From the NCBI GenBank assembly GCA_963752475.1, contig CAVVYR010000007.1, positions 448,001 to 512,000 of the forward strand: a stretch of 64,000 nucleotides of DNA, read 5' to 3'. Shown here piece after piece: positions 54,771-63,507 of this stretch. Positions within the stretch are counted from its first letter, which is position 1. The number at the start of each line of letters is the position of its first letter. This DNA is from an uncultured Chloroflexia bacterium (GTDB taxonomy: Bacteria; Chloroflexota; Limnocylindria; Limnocylindrales; CSP1-4). The notes under the pieces were generated by a model. That model ran no database searches. It was given only the letters and a program-made list of their open reading frames with translations, and was not told where the DNA came from. The position numbers were made by a program, and so were the translations under genes.

Positions 54771-54905
54771 GTCGATCCAGGAATGGCTGGATGAAGTCGG
54801 GTCGCCCGAGTCACCGAAGCCGGTGCTACCGGTGTGCGCGTTGTTCGAGAGCACGAGCGTGTTCGGGCCGGTGTACCCGGTCGATCGGCGGTCGATCAGG
54901 GCAGG
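54771..54905 (-). pseudogene. Remnant of a trypsin-like (S1) serine protease
   Basis: LVLSNNAHTGSTGFGDSGDP resembles the catalytic GxCxGDSGGP motif; no start codon or remaining domain. Confidence 0.5.
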
Positions 54906-54972
54906 GTGCGCTCGCTGCCTAGACCTGGTGGGTACGCTAGGGCGACCAGGCCCGGTCGCCAGAGGGGGAGTC

Positions 54973-56019
54973 ATGTCAGCAGCCACATCACTCGTACGTC
55001 TAGCCACCATCGTTCCCTTCGTCGTCGCCGCGGCCGCGCCGGCTGTGGCCGCAGATGAGTGGGTCGCGTTCGACGGCGGCCCCGGGACCATCTGCGCGGA
55101 TGGCAGCGAGCCTTCCTTCTTCGAACGCACCGCCGATCCGCAGCGCGTCGTCCTCTACTTCGAGGGTGGTGGCGCCTGCTGGAGCGAGGAGACGTGCGCC
55201 TTCGACAACCCCGACCAGCCCTACCGCTACTCGAGCGACTACACGGCCGAGTCGATGTCTGAGCGTGGCGGCATCTTCGACTTCCAGAATCCGGAGAACC
55301 CGCTGGCCGATCACTCCTGGGTGTACGCGCCCTATTGCACCGGTGACCTGCACCTGGGCGACATGACGCGGACATACGGCGACCTCGTCATCGAGCATCG
55401 GGGAGCGGTCAACGCCGGCGCCGCGCTCGACCACCTCGTCGAGCAATTCCCCGACGCTACGGAACTCGTCGTCGCCGGCGTCAGCGCCGGTTCGGTCCCG
55501 ACGCCGCTGTATGCCGCGCTCGTGGCCGACAGCTTCCCGGAGGCTCGCATCGTGACCCTCGGCGACGGCTCCGGAGGCTACCCCGACGAGCCCGTCGTCA
55601 ACGCCTTCCTGAGCTTCATGTGGGGCGTGCTCGATGCCGCCCCGGACTGGCCTGAGACCGCTGACCTGAGCGTCGATGACTGGAGCGCTCCCAGTCTCTA
55701 CGTCCACGGTGGGCGGCGCGCACCACAGATCACCTTCGCTCGCTTCGACTTCGCGTTCGATGGGGCGCAGGTCGGCTACATCGCGATGCTGGGTATGGGT
55801 GACGATGAGCTGGTCGCGTACATGGACGGAAACGAGGCAGAGATCGAGGCAGAGGGCGTGCCCGTCGCGAGCTACACCGCGCCAGGGGACGAGCACACGC
55901 TCCTCTGGCGTGACCTCGTCTACGAGATCGAGGTCGAAGGTGTTCGGCTCATCGACTGGATCACCGAACTCGTGGCGGGCGGCACACCGGACGACGTCCA
56001 CTGCGTCGTCTGCCGCTGA
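54973..56019 (+). CDS. Secreted pectin acetylesterase/Notum-family hydrolase
   Basis: CADGS, YFEGGGACW, YCTGDLHLG and the GVSAG nucleophile elbow. Confidence 0.88.
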   Translation: MSAATSLVRLATIVPFVVAAAAPAVAADEWVAFDGGPGTICADGSEPSFFERTADPQRVVLYFEGGGACWSEETCAFDNPDQPYRYSSDYTAESMSERGGIFDFQNPENPLADHSWVYAPYCTGDLHLGDMTRTYGDLVIEHRGAVNAGAALDHLVEQFPDATELVVAGVSAGSVPTPLYAALVADSFPEARIVTLGDGSGGYPDEPVVNAFLSFMWGVLDAAPDWPETADLSVDDWSAPSLYVHGGRRAPQITFARFDFAFDGAQVGYIAMLGMGDDELVAYMDGNEAEIEAEGVPVASYTAPGDEHTLLWRDLVYEIEVEGVRLIDWITELVAGGTPDDVHCVVCR

Positions 56020-56136
56020 ACGGCCGATGGTCCCGGCCGGGGCGGGAGGTGCGGATGATGCGCCCGGGCGCCACATGCGGGTACCCTTGGTGCTGCAGGT
56101 CGGTCGAATGACCCCTGGCTTCGATCGGAGGGTTTG

Positions 56137-56835
56137 ATGGAGATCTTGTTGATCGTCGGGATCGTCGTGGTGATCGTGTTCGCCGCCGGCATCCTGATCT
56201 ACAACGGTTTGGTGCAGCGGCGCCTGCGCATCGATGAAGCGTTCGCCCAGATCGAGGTCCAGCTCAAGCGACGCTGGGACCTCATCCCCAATCTGGTCGA
56301 CGCGGTCAAGGGCTACATGGGCTTCGAGGAGTCCGTTCTGACACAGGTGACGGAGGCGCGAGCCAACGCCGTTGCCGCTGGCGCCAAGGGTCCGCACGAG
56401 CAAGCCCAGGCTGAGAACATGCTCACCGGCACGTTGCGCTCGCTGTTCGCCACGGTCGAGAACTATCCCGAGCTCAAGGCCAACCAGAACGTGCTCGAGC
56501 TGCAGGAACAGCTGACGACGACCGAGAACCAGATCAGTTTCGCGCGGCAGCACTACAACGCCACCGTGCTCGACTACAACACCTCGATCGCCACGTTCCC
56601 CAACGTCCTCATCGCCGGACCGTTGGGCTTCGACAAGCGCGAGTTCTTCGATGCCGAGCCGGAGGCCGAACAGGTGCCGGAGGTCAACCTCGGCTTCGGC
56701 AGGGATGACGATGACGACCAGCCGACCGCACCTGCGGCACCGGCCCAGAGCGCGCCTCCGCCTCCCCCGCAGCAGGCCCCGCCGCCTCCTCCGCGCCAGG
56801 CTCCACCCCCACCGCCGCCCCAGCAGCGGAGCTAG
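56137..56835 (+). CDS. lemA: LemA family protein
   Basis: IEVQLKRRWDLIPNLV, ENYPELKAN and ARQHYN; Pro-rich tail. Confidence 0.95.
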   Translation: MEILLIVGIVVVIVFAAGILIYNGLVQRRLRIDEAFAQIEVQLKRRWDLIPNLVDAVKGYMGFEESVLTQVTEARANAVAAGAKGPHEQAQAENMLTGTLRSLFATVENYPELKANQNVLELQEQLTTTENQISFARQHYNATVLDYNTSIATFPNVLIAGPLGFDKREFFDAEPEAEQVPEVNLGFGRDDDDDQPTAPAAPAQSAPPPPPQQAPPPPPRQAPPPPPPQQRS

Positions 56836-56879
56836 CCCACGGAAGCTCCCGCGACCACGCCAGCCGGTAGCACGACGCC

Positions 56880-57866
56880 ATGACGGTCGAACGCCAGACG
56901 TTCCACCAGCAGATCAGTCAGAACAAGCGACGCTCCATCCTGCTGATGGGCGCGGTCGTGCTGCTCTTCTGCGTGCTGGCCTGGTTCTTCGGCTTCTACC
57001 TCGCGGGCGACCCGGCCAACGCCATCTGGTTCGTGCCGGTCGGCGGCATCATCGCCGTGGTCATCAGCCTGGGCGCGCTGTTCGGTGGCGACGGCATGAT
57101 CCTGGGCATCTCCCGCGCGCGGCAGGTCACCGACACCGACGAGCCACAGCTGATGAACGTGGTGCGCGAGCTCTCGCTGGCGGCCAACCTGCCCGAGCCC
57201 AAGGTCTACGTCATCGAAGACACCGCGCTCAACGCCTTCGCCACCGGGCGCGATCCCGAGCACGCGAGCGTAGCGGTCACGCGTGGCCTGCTCGAGCGGC
57301 TGGATCGGGAGGAGCTGCAGGGCGTGGTCGGGCACGAGCTGGCCCACGTGGCCAACTACGACATCCGCTTCAGCCTGCTCGTGGGCGTGCTCGTGGGCTC
57401 GATCGCGCTGATGGCCGACCTGCTCGCTCGCATGACCATCTGGGGCTCCATGACCCGCGGCCGCGGCAGCAACCGCAGTGGCGGTGGCGGCGGACAGGTC
57501 ATCATCCTCGCCATCGGCCTGATCGTGGCCATCCTGGCGCCGCTCTTTGCGCGCCTCGTGCAGATGGCCGTCAACCGGCAGCGTGAGTACCTCGCCGACG
57601 CCACCAGCGTCGAGCTCACGCGGAACCCGTATGGACTGGAGCGCGCACTGGCCAAGCTGGCCACCGACACCGAGAAACTCGACGGGGCCAATAAGGCCAC
57701 CCAGCACCTCTACTTCGTCAACCCCGTGAAGAAGCTCGAGCACAGCGCGAGGGGCTTGTTCAGCACCCATCCGGCCATCGTCGACCGCATCAACCGGTTG
57801 CGGAAGCTGACTGGCCAGCCGGAGATCGACGAGAGCGGGATCGGAGAGATCGCCGGCCTGCGCTGA
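56880..57866 (+). CDS. htpX: M48 zinc metalloprotease HtpX
   Basis: NAFATG, HELAH, REYLAD and LFSTHP. Confidence 0.93.
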   Translation: MTVERQTFHQQISQNKRRSILLMGAVVLLFCVLAWFFGFYLAGDPANAIWFVPVGGIIAVVISLGALFGGDGMILGISRARQVTDTDEPQLMNVVRELSLAANLPEPKVYVIEDTALNAFATGRDPEHASVAVTRGLLERLDREELQGVVGHELAHVANYDIRFSLLVGVLVGSIALMADLLARMTIWGSMTRGRGSNRSGGGGGQVIILAIGLIVAILAPLFARLVQMAVNRQREYLADATSVELTRNPYGLERALAKLATDTEKLDGANKATQHLYFVNPVKKLEHSARGLFSTHPAIVDRINRLRKLTGQPEIDESGIGEIAGLR

Positions 57867-59143
57867 GACGCGGCGACTTCCATCGCACCCGTCTCGAACG
57901 CCCGGATGCGCTCGGCCGTGCCGTCGGGCAGTCGCACGACGCCGATGATGCGTCCGTAGAGCAAGGCGCCCGCGCCGGCGACGAGGAGACACAGCACCAG
58001 CCCTCCGGTCTCGCCCATGAGGCCGATATGCACCGGGGCCATCAGCACGAAGGGCACGACCAGGCCACGCAGGCCCATGATCGAGTTGAGCCCCGCGGCC
58101 ACGGCTGCTTGTTCGCCTTCGGGCGAGTGGTTCGCGATGAGCAGCGGCCAGGCAGCGTTGACCGCGGCGTTGCTCGTCCCCAGCAGCACCGTGGCCACGA
58201 TGATGGCCTCGAGCGAGGGTGCGAACGCGAAGGCACCCAGGGCGAACGCGCCGATCAGCGTGCCTCCGAAGATGGTCGGCAGCGGACCGAAGCGACCTGC
58301 GATCCGGCCCCAGATCCCGATGGTCACAGCGGTACTGCCGTAGCTGAGCAGGCCGGCCAGCGCGATGTCGCCGATCGAGAGGCCGAGCCGGTCGACGTGG
58401 ACCATGGCGATGAAGGCCGGCGCGGCCATGGTGCCGGCGCCGAAGAGCAGCTGGGCCCCGGCGATGCGTCGCACCATCGGTGTCGCCACGACCGCGCGCA
58501 GCGCGCCCCTGGCGCTGAAGGACTGGCCCGAGGCGATGCCGGGGACCTCCATGCGCCCGACAGCCAGGCTGCTGATGGCACCGACCGCGGCGACGATGGC
58601 CACGATCGGTACCCAGCCGTCGGCCGAGGCCGCGACCGTGATGGCCAGCAGTGCCAGCGTGCCGGCGGTGAAGCGGCCGGTGCCGACGATCCCGAGCAGG
58701 CGGCCCCGGTCCTCCGACGGGTAGATCGTGGCCCAGATGCGCTGCTGCAGCGGGGCGCCCAGTGCGAACGTGACCCAGAAGACGAACGTCGCTCCGGCGA
58801 TGAGCAGCGGGTGCGGTGCCACCAGCACGAGCAGCAGGCCAAGTGCGCCGGCAGAGCGAAGGATGGCCAGCCGGGCAGGGGAGCGCGGGCCGATACGCCC
58901 GGCGAACATCGTCAGCAGGGTAGCCAGGAAGGGCAGTGCGGCGAGGGTGGCCAGACCCATGGCATCGAGTCCCTCGCGGCGAGCGACCGAGGGCAGCAGG
59001 ACGCTGACGACTGCCATGGTCGTGCCGGTGCCGACCGCGGACGAGAGGTCGAGCGACAGGTTGCGCACGAGCGTCGATGGACGCGGAAGCGAAGCGGCCG
59101 GATACGTGCCCGGTCGGAAGGCTGGGGGCTGGGGCCAAGCCAC
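57710..59143 (-). CDS. MFS transporter
   Basis: About 12 TM helices, RGRLLG and GRIAGRFGP; GTG start behind GAGGTG. Confidence 0.85.
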   Translation of the reverse strand: MAWPQPPAFRPGTYPAASLPRPSTLVRNLSLDLSSAVGTGTTMAVVSVLLPSVARREGLDAMGLATLAALPFLATLLTMFAGRIGPRSPARLAILRSAGALGLLLVLVAPHPLLIAGATFVFWVTFALGAPLQQRIWATIYPSEDRGRLLGIVGTGRFTAGTLALLAITVAASADGWVPIVAIVAAVGAISSLAVGRMEVPGIASGQSFSARGALRAVVATPMVRRIAGAQLLFGAGTMAAPAFIAMVHVDRLGLSIGDIALAGLLSYGSTAVTIGIWGRIAGRFGPLPTIFGGTLIGAFALGAFAFAPSLEAIIVATVLLGTSNAAVNAAWPLLIANHSPEGEQAAVAAGLNSIMGLRGLVVPFVLMAPVHIGLMGETGGLVLCLLVAGAGALLYGRIIGVVRLPDGTAERIRAFETGAMEVAASQRRPAISPIPLSSISGWPVSFRNRLMRSTMAGWVLNKPLALCSSFFTGLTK

Positions 59144-59167
59144 GAGAACACCTCGAAACGAAACGGC

Positions 59168-59287
59168 TTGGCCTGCGAGGTGAGCTGTCGGGCTCGGCCA
59201 CCAGCGTGGTGGCCTGCGCGGACGGTCCGCGGTTCGCCCCAAGGAGAGGTTGGTTCCCCCGTCCCCCGAGCGTGGGGGTTCGGCCTG
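59168..59287 (-). promoter_or_regulatory. Cyclic di-AMP (ydaO/yuaA) riboswitch
   Basis: The minus strand reads GCCGAACC...ACGGGGGAACCA...TTGGGGCGAA...CCGAGCCCGACAGCTCACCTCGCAGGC, matching the conserved ydaO blocks. Confidence 0.88.
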
Positions 59288-59430
59288 CCCCCAGCGTAGC
59301 GGGCGCAAACGTTTCCTTCGGTCGGCGGATGGTGAAGAAAGCGCAACGGTCAAGCCTGGATCGGACCCGGCCGTCAGCTGTTTGTGCGTCGCGGCCAAGA
59401 TGTGGTGTAATGTCCTGACCGCAGCGGCGG

Positions 59431-59506
59431 GCCGAGATAGCTCAGTTGGTAGAGCACACGACTGAAAATCGTGCGGTCGCCAGTTCGAATCTGGCTCTCG
59501 GCACCA
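59431..59506 (+). tRNA. tRNA-Phe(GAA)
   Basis: CACGA-CTGAAAA-TCGTG anticodon arm, CCA end. Confidence 0.97.
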
Positions 59507-59538
59507 CTACACGGCGCTATCCCAGCGCTCGAGATCCG

Positions 59539-59615
59539 GCGGAAGTAGCTCAGTTTGGTAGAGCATCACCTTGCCAAGGTGAGGGTCGAGGGTTCGAGTC
59601 CCTTCTTCCGCTCCA
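59539..59615 (+). tRNA. tRNA-Gly(GCC)
   Basis: TCACC-TTGCCAA-GGTGA anticodon arm, TCCA end. Confidence 0.97.
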
Positions 59616-59656
59616 CTCCCTCCCTTCTCACCTCGTAGACTGTCCGCGGGATTCGT

Positions 59657-59730
59657 TGCCCCTTCGTCTAGTGGTAGGACACCGGACTTTGGATCCGAGA
59701 ACCGAGGTTCGAATCCTCGAGGGGCAGCCA
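59657..59730 (+). tRNA. tRNA-Gln(TTG)
   Basis: CGGA-CTTTGGA-TCCG anticodon arm, TGCCCCT acceptor, GCCA end. Confidence 0.95.
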
Positions 59731-59763
59731 CTCCGACAGGGCTGGTAGCATCTGCCCGCACGA

Positions 59764-59840
59764 GGTGACGTGGCGAAGAGGCTTAACGCACTGGTCTGCA
59801 AAACCAGCATTCACCGGTTCGAATCCGGTCGTCACCTCCA
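59764..59840 (+). tRNA. tRNA-Cys(GCA)
   Basis: CTGGT-CTGCAAA-ACCAG anticodon arm, TCCA end. Confidence 0.96.
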
Positions 59841-59856
59841 ACTCCGCGAAACACGA

Positions 59857-59887
59857 CGAAGCCGCTCGGCTGATCCGGGCGGCTTCG
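59857..59887. terminator. Hairpin after the tRNA cluster
   Basis: CGAAGCCGCTCGG-CTGAT-CCGGGCGGCTTCG. Confidence 0.7.
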
Positions 59888-59933
59888 CTGATTCACGGGT
59901 TGCTTTCGATGCGTTGGGTGACGCACCCGTGGT

Positions 59934-61016
59934 CTAGGGGGTGTAGAAGAGGTCCACGTCGACGAAGGGATCGTCGGTTCCATCGGCCGTCGTCTCATGG
60001 TCGGTGTGGTAGCTCGTGGGCGGTTGGCTTGGTGAACCGTCCTGGATTCGGATGGAGTCGCGGTCCGGGCTGATGATCGCGTCCTTGATGTAGCTCAACG
60101 CGCCGGCGGACGCGGGGTAGATGTCGGAGAGTTCCACAGCCTCCCGGTACTGCTCTATCCCGTTCACTGCCGTCCACCACCCGTGCCAGCCACTCTCCGC
60201 CTTCACCAGCAGGTGGTCGGCCCGTGCCTTCTTGACCGACGTGATGACGTGGCTCGTGACATCCCACTTCCCGAACGTCGCGGCGTCGGTATCCTCGGGG
60301 TATCGGTCCATGACGATCGTGTCGCCGGGACTGGGGGTGCCGTCGAGGTCGGTGTCGACGAGTTTGGCGATGAGCACGTCGCCGCTACCGAACTGGCCGT
60401 CCTGGACGAGGTCGGAGTAGGCGATCGCGAGGGTCTTGGGCGTCGGTGCCGGTGGCGCCGGTGGCGCGGGTGGCGCGAACACGGACTTCGGCAGCTCGCA
60501 TCGGACGTGCGGGCCATGGCCGGTGTTCTGGTAGCAGGCGTCGACACCGATGCCACCATCGAGCCTGTCGAAGCCAGCACCACCGAAGAGGACGTCGGGT
60601 CCGGCCTGTCCTGCGAGGAAGTCGTTCTGCTGGCCCCCGAAGAGCCGGTCCACACCGGCCAGGCCGAACAGCCGGTCGCGCCCCGTCTGGCCCAGGAGCT
60701 TGTCGTGTCCGGCACCACCGGCGATGCGGTCGTTGCCCGCGCCACCGCAGATGACGTCGTTGCCGCCACGGCCGAGGATGATGTCGTTGCCCCCGAGCCC
60801 GGCGATGATGTCGCGCCTGGCGGTGCCGATGATGACGTCCTTCTTCGGAGTGCCGACCTTCGTGGCCACCTTGCCGTCGCACTTGACGAGGCGCTTGGCC
60901 CCGAGCGCCTTCGCGGGCTCGACGTCATCGGCTGCGGCGGTGACGGCCGCGAACGAGGCGGTGAGTGCGGCAGCCGCCAACACGGCCACGGCTCGTCGGA
61001 TGGAGCGTCCAGTCAT
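59934..61016 (-). CDS. Secreted RTX-like Ca-binding protein, paralog 2
   Basis: MTGRSIRRAVAV signal peptide, GGxGxD repeats and the same C-terminal domain as 49116-50153. Confidence 0.85.
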   Translation of the reverse strand: MTGRSIRRAVAVLAAAALTASFAAVTAAADDVEPAKALGAKRLVKCDGKVATKVGTPKKDVIIGTARRDIIAGLGGNDIILGRGGNDVICGGAGNDRIAGGAGHDKLLGQTGRDRLFGLAGVDRLFGGQQNDFLAGQAGPDVLFGGAGFDRLDGGIGVDACYQNTGHGPHVRCELPKSVFAPPAPPAPPAPTPKTLAIAYSDLVQDGQFGSGDVLIAKLVDTDLDGTPSPGDTIVMDRYPEDTDAATFGKWDVTSHVITSVKKARADHLLVKAESGWHGWWTAVNGIEQYREAVELSDIYPASAGALSYIKDAIISPDRDSIRIQDGSPSQPPTSYHTDHETTADGTDDPFVDVDLFYTP

Positions 61017-61153
61017 CGAGGACCCACTGCCGCATGCCGAGCCGGATGGCGTCACTCGACGATCTTCCTCGATTGTGACCAGTCCTTCCCTGCGTCGCTC
61101 CGCGTGGATGCACCGACTCCGGTCGGCGGCCTCATCAGTGGACCGAGGCGGTC

Positions 61154-61370
61154 CTACGGCAGGAAGATCTCGACGTCGGTGAAGTCGTCGTCTCCCGAGC
61201 CCGGCGCATCGATCCTGGTGATACGACGATGATCCGGACGATGTCGCCAACCTCGCCGTAGCTCCGAGTCCCCGAGCCAGCCCGACCGAGAAACGAGAAG
61301 TCGGTGTCCCGGCGGAGATCTCGTAGTACTCCTGCTCATCCAGCCACCAGTCGTGTTGGCCGCTCCGCGC
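61154..61370 (-). pseudogene. Orphan, frameshifted C-terminal fragment of a fourth RTX-like paralog
   Basis: SGQHDWW...EYYE, GDIVRIIVVSP and GSGDDDFTDVEIFLP* lie in three different frames and match the paralog C-termini. Confidence 0.7.
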
Positions 61371-61476
61371 TCAACACATCCTGTGGCAGCGTCCCACCGA
61401 GCGTAGCCGGAGCGATCGGAGTGTCGGACGGGCGATCGGCGTGCCGAGGAGCGCTACAGTGGCGCGGTGCGTCCGG

Positions 61477-61565
61477 CCCGGAGTGGCGGAACGGCAGACG
61501 CGGCGGTCTTAAACACCGCTGAGGGCTATGCCCTCGTGTGGGTTCGACCCCCACCTCCGGGACCA
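61477..61565 (+). tRNA. tRNA-Leu(TAA)
   Basis: GCGGT-CTTAAAC-ACCGC anticodon arm, long variable arm, CCA end. Confidence 0.95.
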
Positions 61566-61590
61566 CACTCGCGCTCAAGTCGGACCACGA

Positions 61591-61959
61591 TCAAGGCCCC
61601 TCGCCGCTGATGCCTTCGAACACCAGCAGAAACACGATGACGGAGTAGATCGGGCATGCCAGGAGCAGGGTGCCCGCGCCGACCTTGAACCAGGCGGCGC
61701 CATGGAGGTGTTCTGAACGCACACCGAGCACGATCCCGATGGCAAGTGACGTGAGTAGCACAGCTGCCATCAGTTCTTCGCTCAGTACTGCTTCCAGCGG
61801 GTCGAATACAAGGGTCGCTGCGATGAATAGCACCAGCCCCAAAGAAGAAACGGCTACGGCCGTGATGCTCGCCTTCAAGCACCCGACGTTCTCGTCCTTC
61901 TCTGGGTCGGTGGGACTCGGCTTCCAGAGGTCCAAGAGCCACTTGTGGTGGAGCCTCAC
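61591..61959 (-). CDS. Hypothetical membrane protein with visibly lower GC
   Basis: Three hydrophobic segments; directly downstream of tRNA-Leu(TAA); start uncertain. Confidence 0.5.
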   Translation of the reverse strand: MRLHHKWLLDLWKPSPTDPEKDENVGCLKASITAVAVSSLGLVLFIAATLVFDPLEAVLSEELMAAVLLTSLAIGIVLGVRSEHLHGAAWFKVGAGTLLLACPIYSVIVFLLVFEGISGEGP

Positions 61960-62118
61960 GTTGCCATCGTCGTCGTGCCCCAGCCGGGGCGGAACTGCGG
62001 GTGGTCAGCTCCGTCGCTGGAGTCGGGGGCGCTTCCTGGCTCTGTCCGAAGCGTCACAGTCGGACCGCTACGACTCGTGAGAGGGAGCCGCAACACGGTG
62101 CATCACGGCCGAGATGCC

Positions 62119-63084
62119 CTAGTAGTTCAGCACTACATCGATGAACGCGTCATCGGTGCTGCTCGGCCCCGACGCTTGAACGAGTACCGGGGTCTGGGGA
62201 CCGCTCGGGCTACCCGCCTGAACCCCGATCACATCAGGGCTGGTGCCGTCGAACCCGTCCAGGAAGGTTGCCTCGATGCCTCCGTCCTCACCGTAGAGCT
62301 CCCCCAGACCGAGTCTGTACCAGGTGTGGCCGGCGTTGGCAGTGGACCACGCGTGAAGGAGAGTGGCGGTGCTCTGGCCGCTGATGCTCGCCACGTCATG
62401 GCTCGTTGTGGTCCAGTCACCGAACGCCGAGGCGTCGAAGTTCGTCGGGTACCGGCCCATCTCGATGGTGTCACCGGCGTCGGGGCCATTGCCGTCGGTG
62501 TCCATGAGCCGGGCGATGAGCACGTCACCGGTGCTGTATCCGTCGAGGCCGTCGATGTCGCTGTAGGCGACCGCGAGGATGCCCGTCAGCGGGATGAGCG
62601 AGGGACCGGGCGGCGGCGGTGCCGGGCGCTCACAGCGAACGACCGGACCCGACCCCGTGCCCTGGAAGCAGGTGTCCACGCCGATGCCACCATTGATGAT
62701 GTCGTTGCCGATCTGGCCCGCGAGGAAGTCGGGACCGACGTTGCCATTGAGCGTGTCGCGGCCGAGCTGACCCCAGATGGTGTCGGCGCCGGGACCCCCG
62801 AAGACGACGTCGTTGCCCTTGCCCGCACAGATGAGGTCGCTGCCGCCCTTGGCGTAGATGCGGTCGGCCCCGCCCCTGGCCACGATGACGTCGCGCTTGG
62901 CGGTGCCCTTGAGGATGTCGGCCTTCTTGGTCCCGACGATCGTGGCCACCTTGCCTTGGCACTTGGGCTTCGGCTTCTTGGCCGCACCCTCCACATCCAC
63001 CGCGAGCGCGCTCGTCGCGAGCGCGGCGGTCAACGTGGCAGCGGCAAGCACGGCCACAACTCGACGGATGGGATGTGCCGTCAT
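62119..63084 (-). CDS. Secreted RTX-like Ca-binding protein, paralog 3
   Basis: Signal peptide, CQGKVATIVGT, GGxGxD repeats and the LAVAYSD...GDVLIARLMDTDG domain. Confidence 0.85.
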   Translation of the reverse strand: MTAHPIRRVVAVLAAATLTAALATSALAVDVEGAAKKPKPKCQGKVATIVGTKKADILKGTAKRDVIVARGGADRIYAKGGSDLICAGKGNDVVFGGPGADTIWGQLGRDTLNGNVGPDFLAGQIGNDIINGGIGVDTCFQGTGSGPVVRCERPAPPPPGPSLIPLTGILAVAYSDIDGLDGYSTGDVLIARLMDTDGNGPDAGDTIEMGRYPTNFDASAFGDWTTTSHDVASISGQSTATLLHAWSTANAGHTWYRLGLGELYGEDGGIEATFLDGFDGTSPDVIGVQAGSPSGPQTPVLVQASGPSSTDDAFIDVVLNY

Positions 63085-63171
63085 CGCGTACCCCCTTCGC
63101 GGTGGGGAGCCCCAGATCGAGGCTCGACCACGAGTGCATTATCCCGCAAGGCACAACGCCACTCTCCCTGC

Positions 63172-63507
63172 ATGACCGACCTCGAGAACGCCAGGGCCGC
63201 CGTCGATGAAACCACGCCCGAGGGCTGGTACGCGGGCCGAGCGGGCCACGAGGAGCGGCACAACCAGTGGTGGCGACACGCCTTCGATCCCTCCGAAACG
63301 CCCATCGTCGGCAAGCGGTCGCGCGAATGGGTCACGGTCGGTCGCACCGAGCTGGAATGCGTCAGGGGGGTGGCACGTCGCTTCGGAGAACGGCGGGAGG
63401 GTCGCTGGCCGGATCAGGGGGGCGGGCAGTCGGCGCGGCACGATGGGGCTACTCGGCAGGTGGCTCCATCGGGTCGGGCACTGGCGGCATGCCGCCAGTC
63501 GGGATGA
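63172..63507 (+). pseudogene. Small Trp-rich hypothetical protein, probably decayed (stop codon lost)
   Basis: MTDLENA...TPEGWYAGR...AFDPSE...RSREW is protein-like for about 80 aa, then runs into the convergent gene. Confidence 0.4.
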
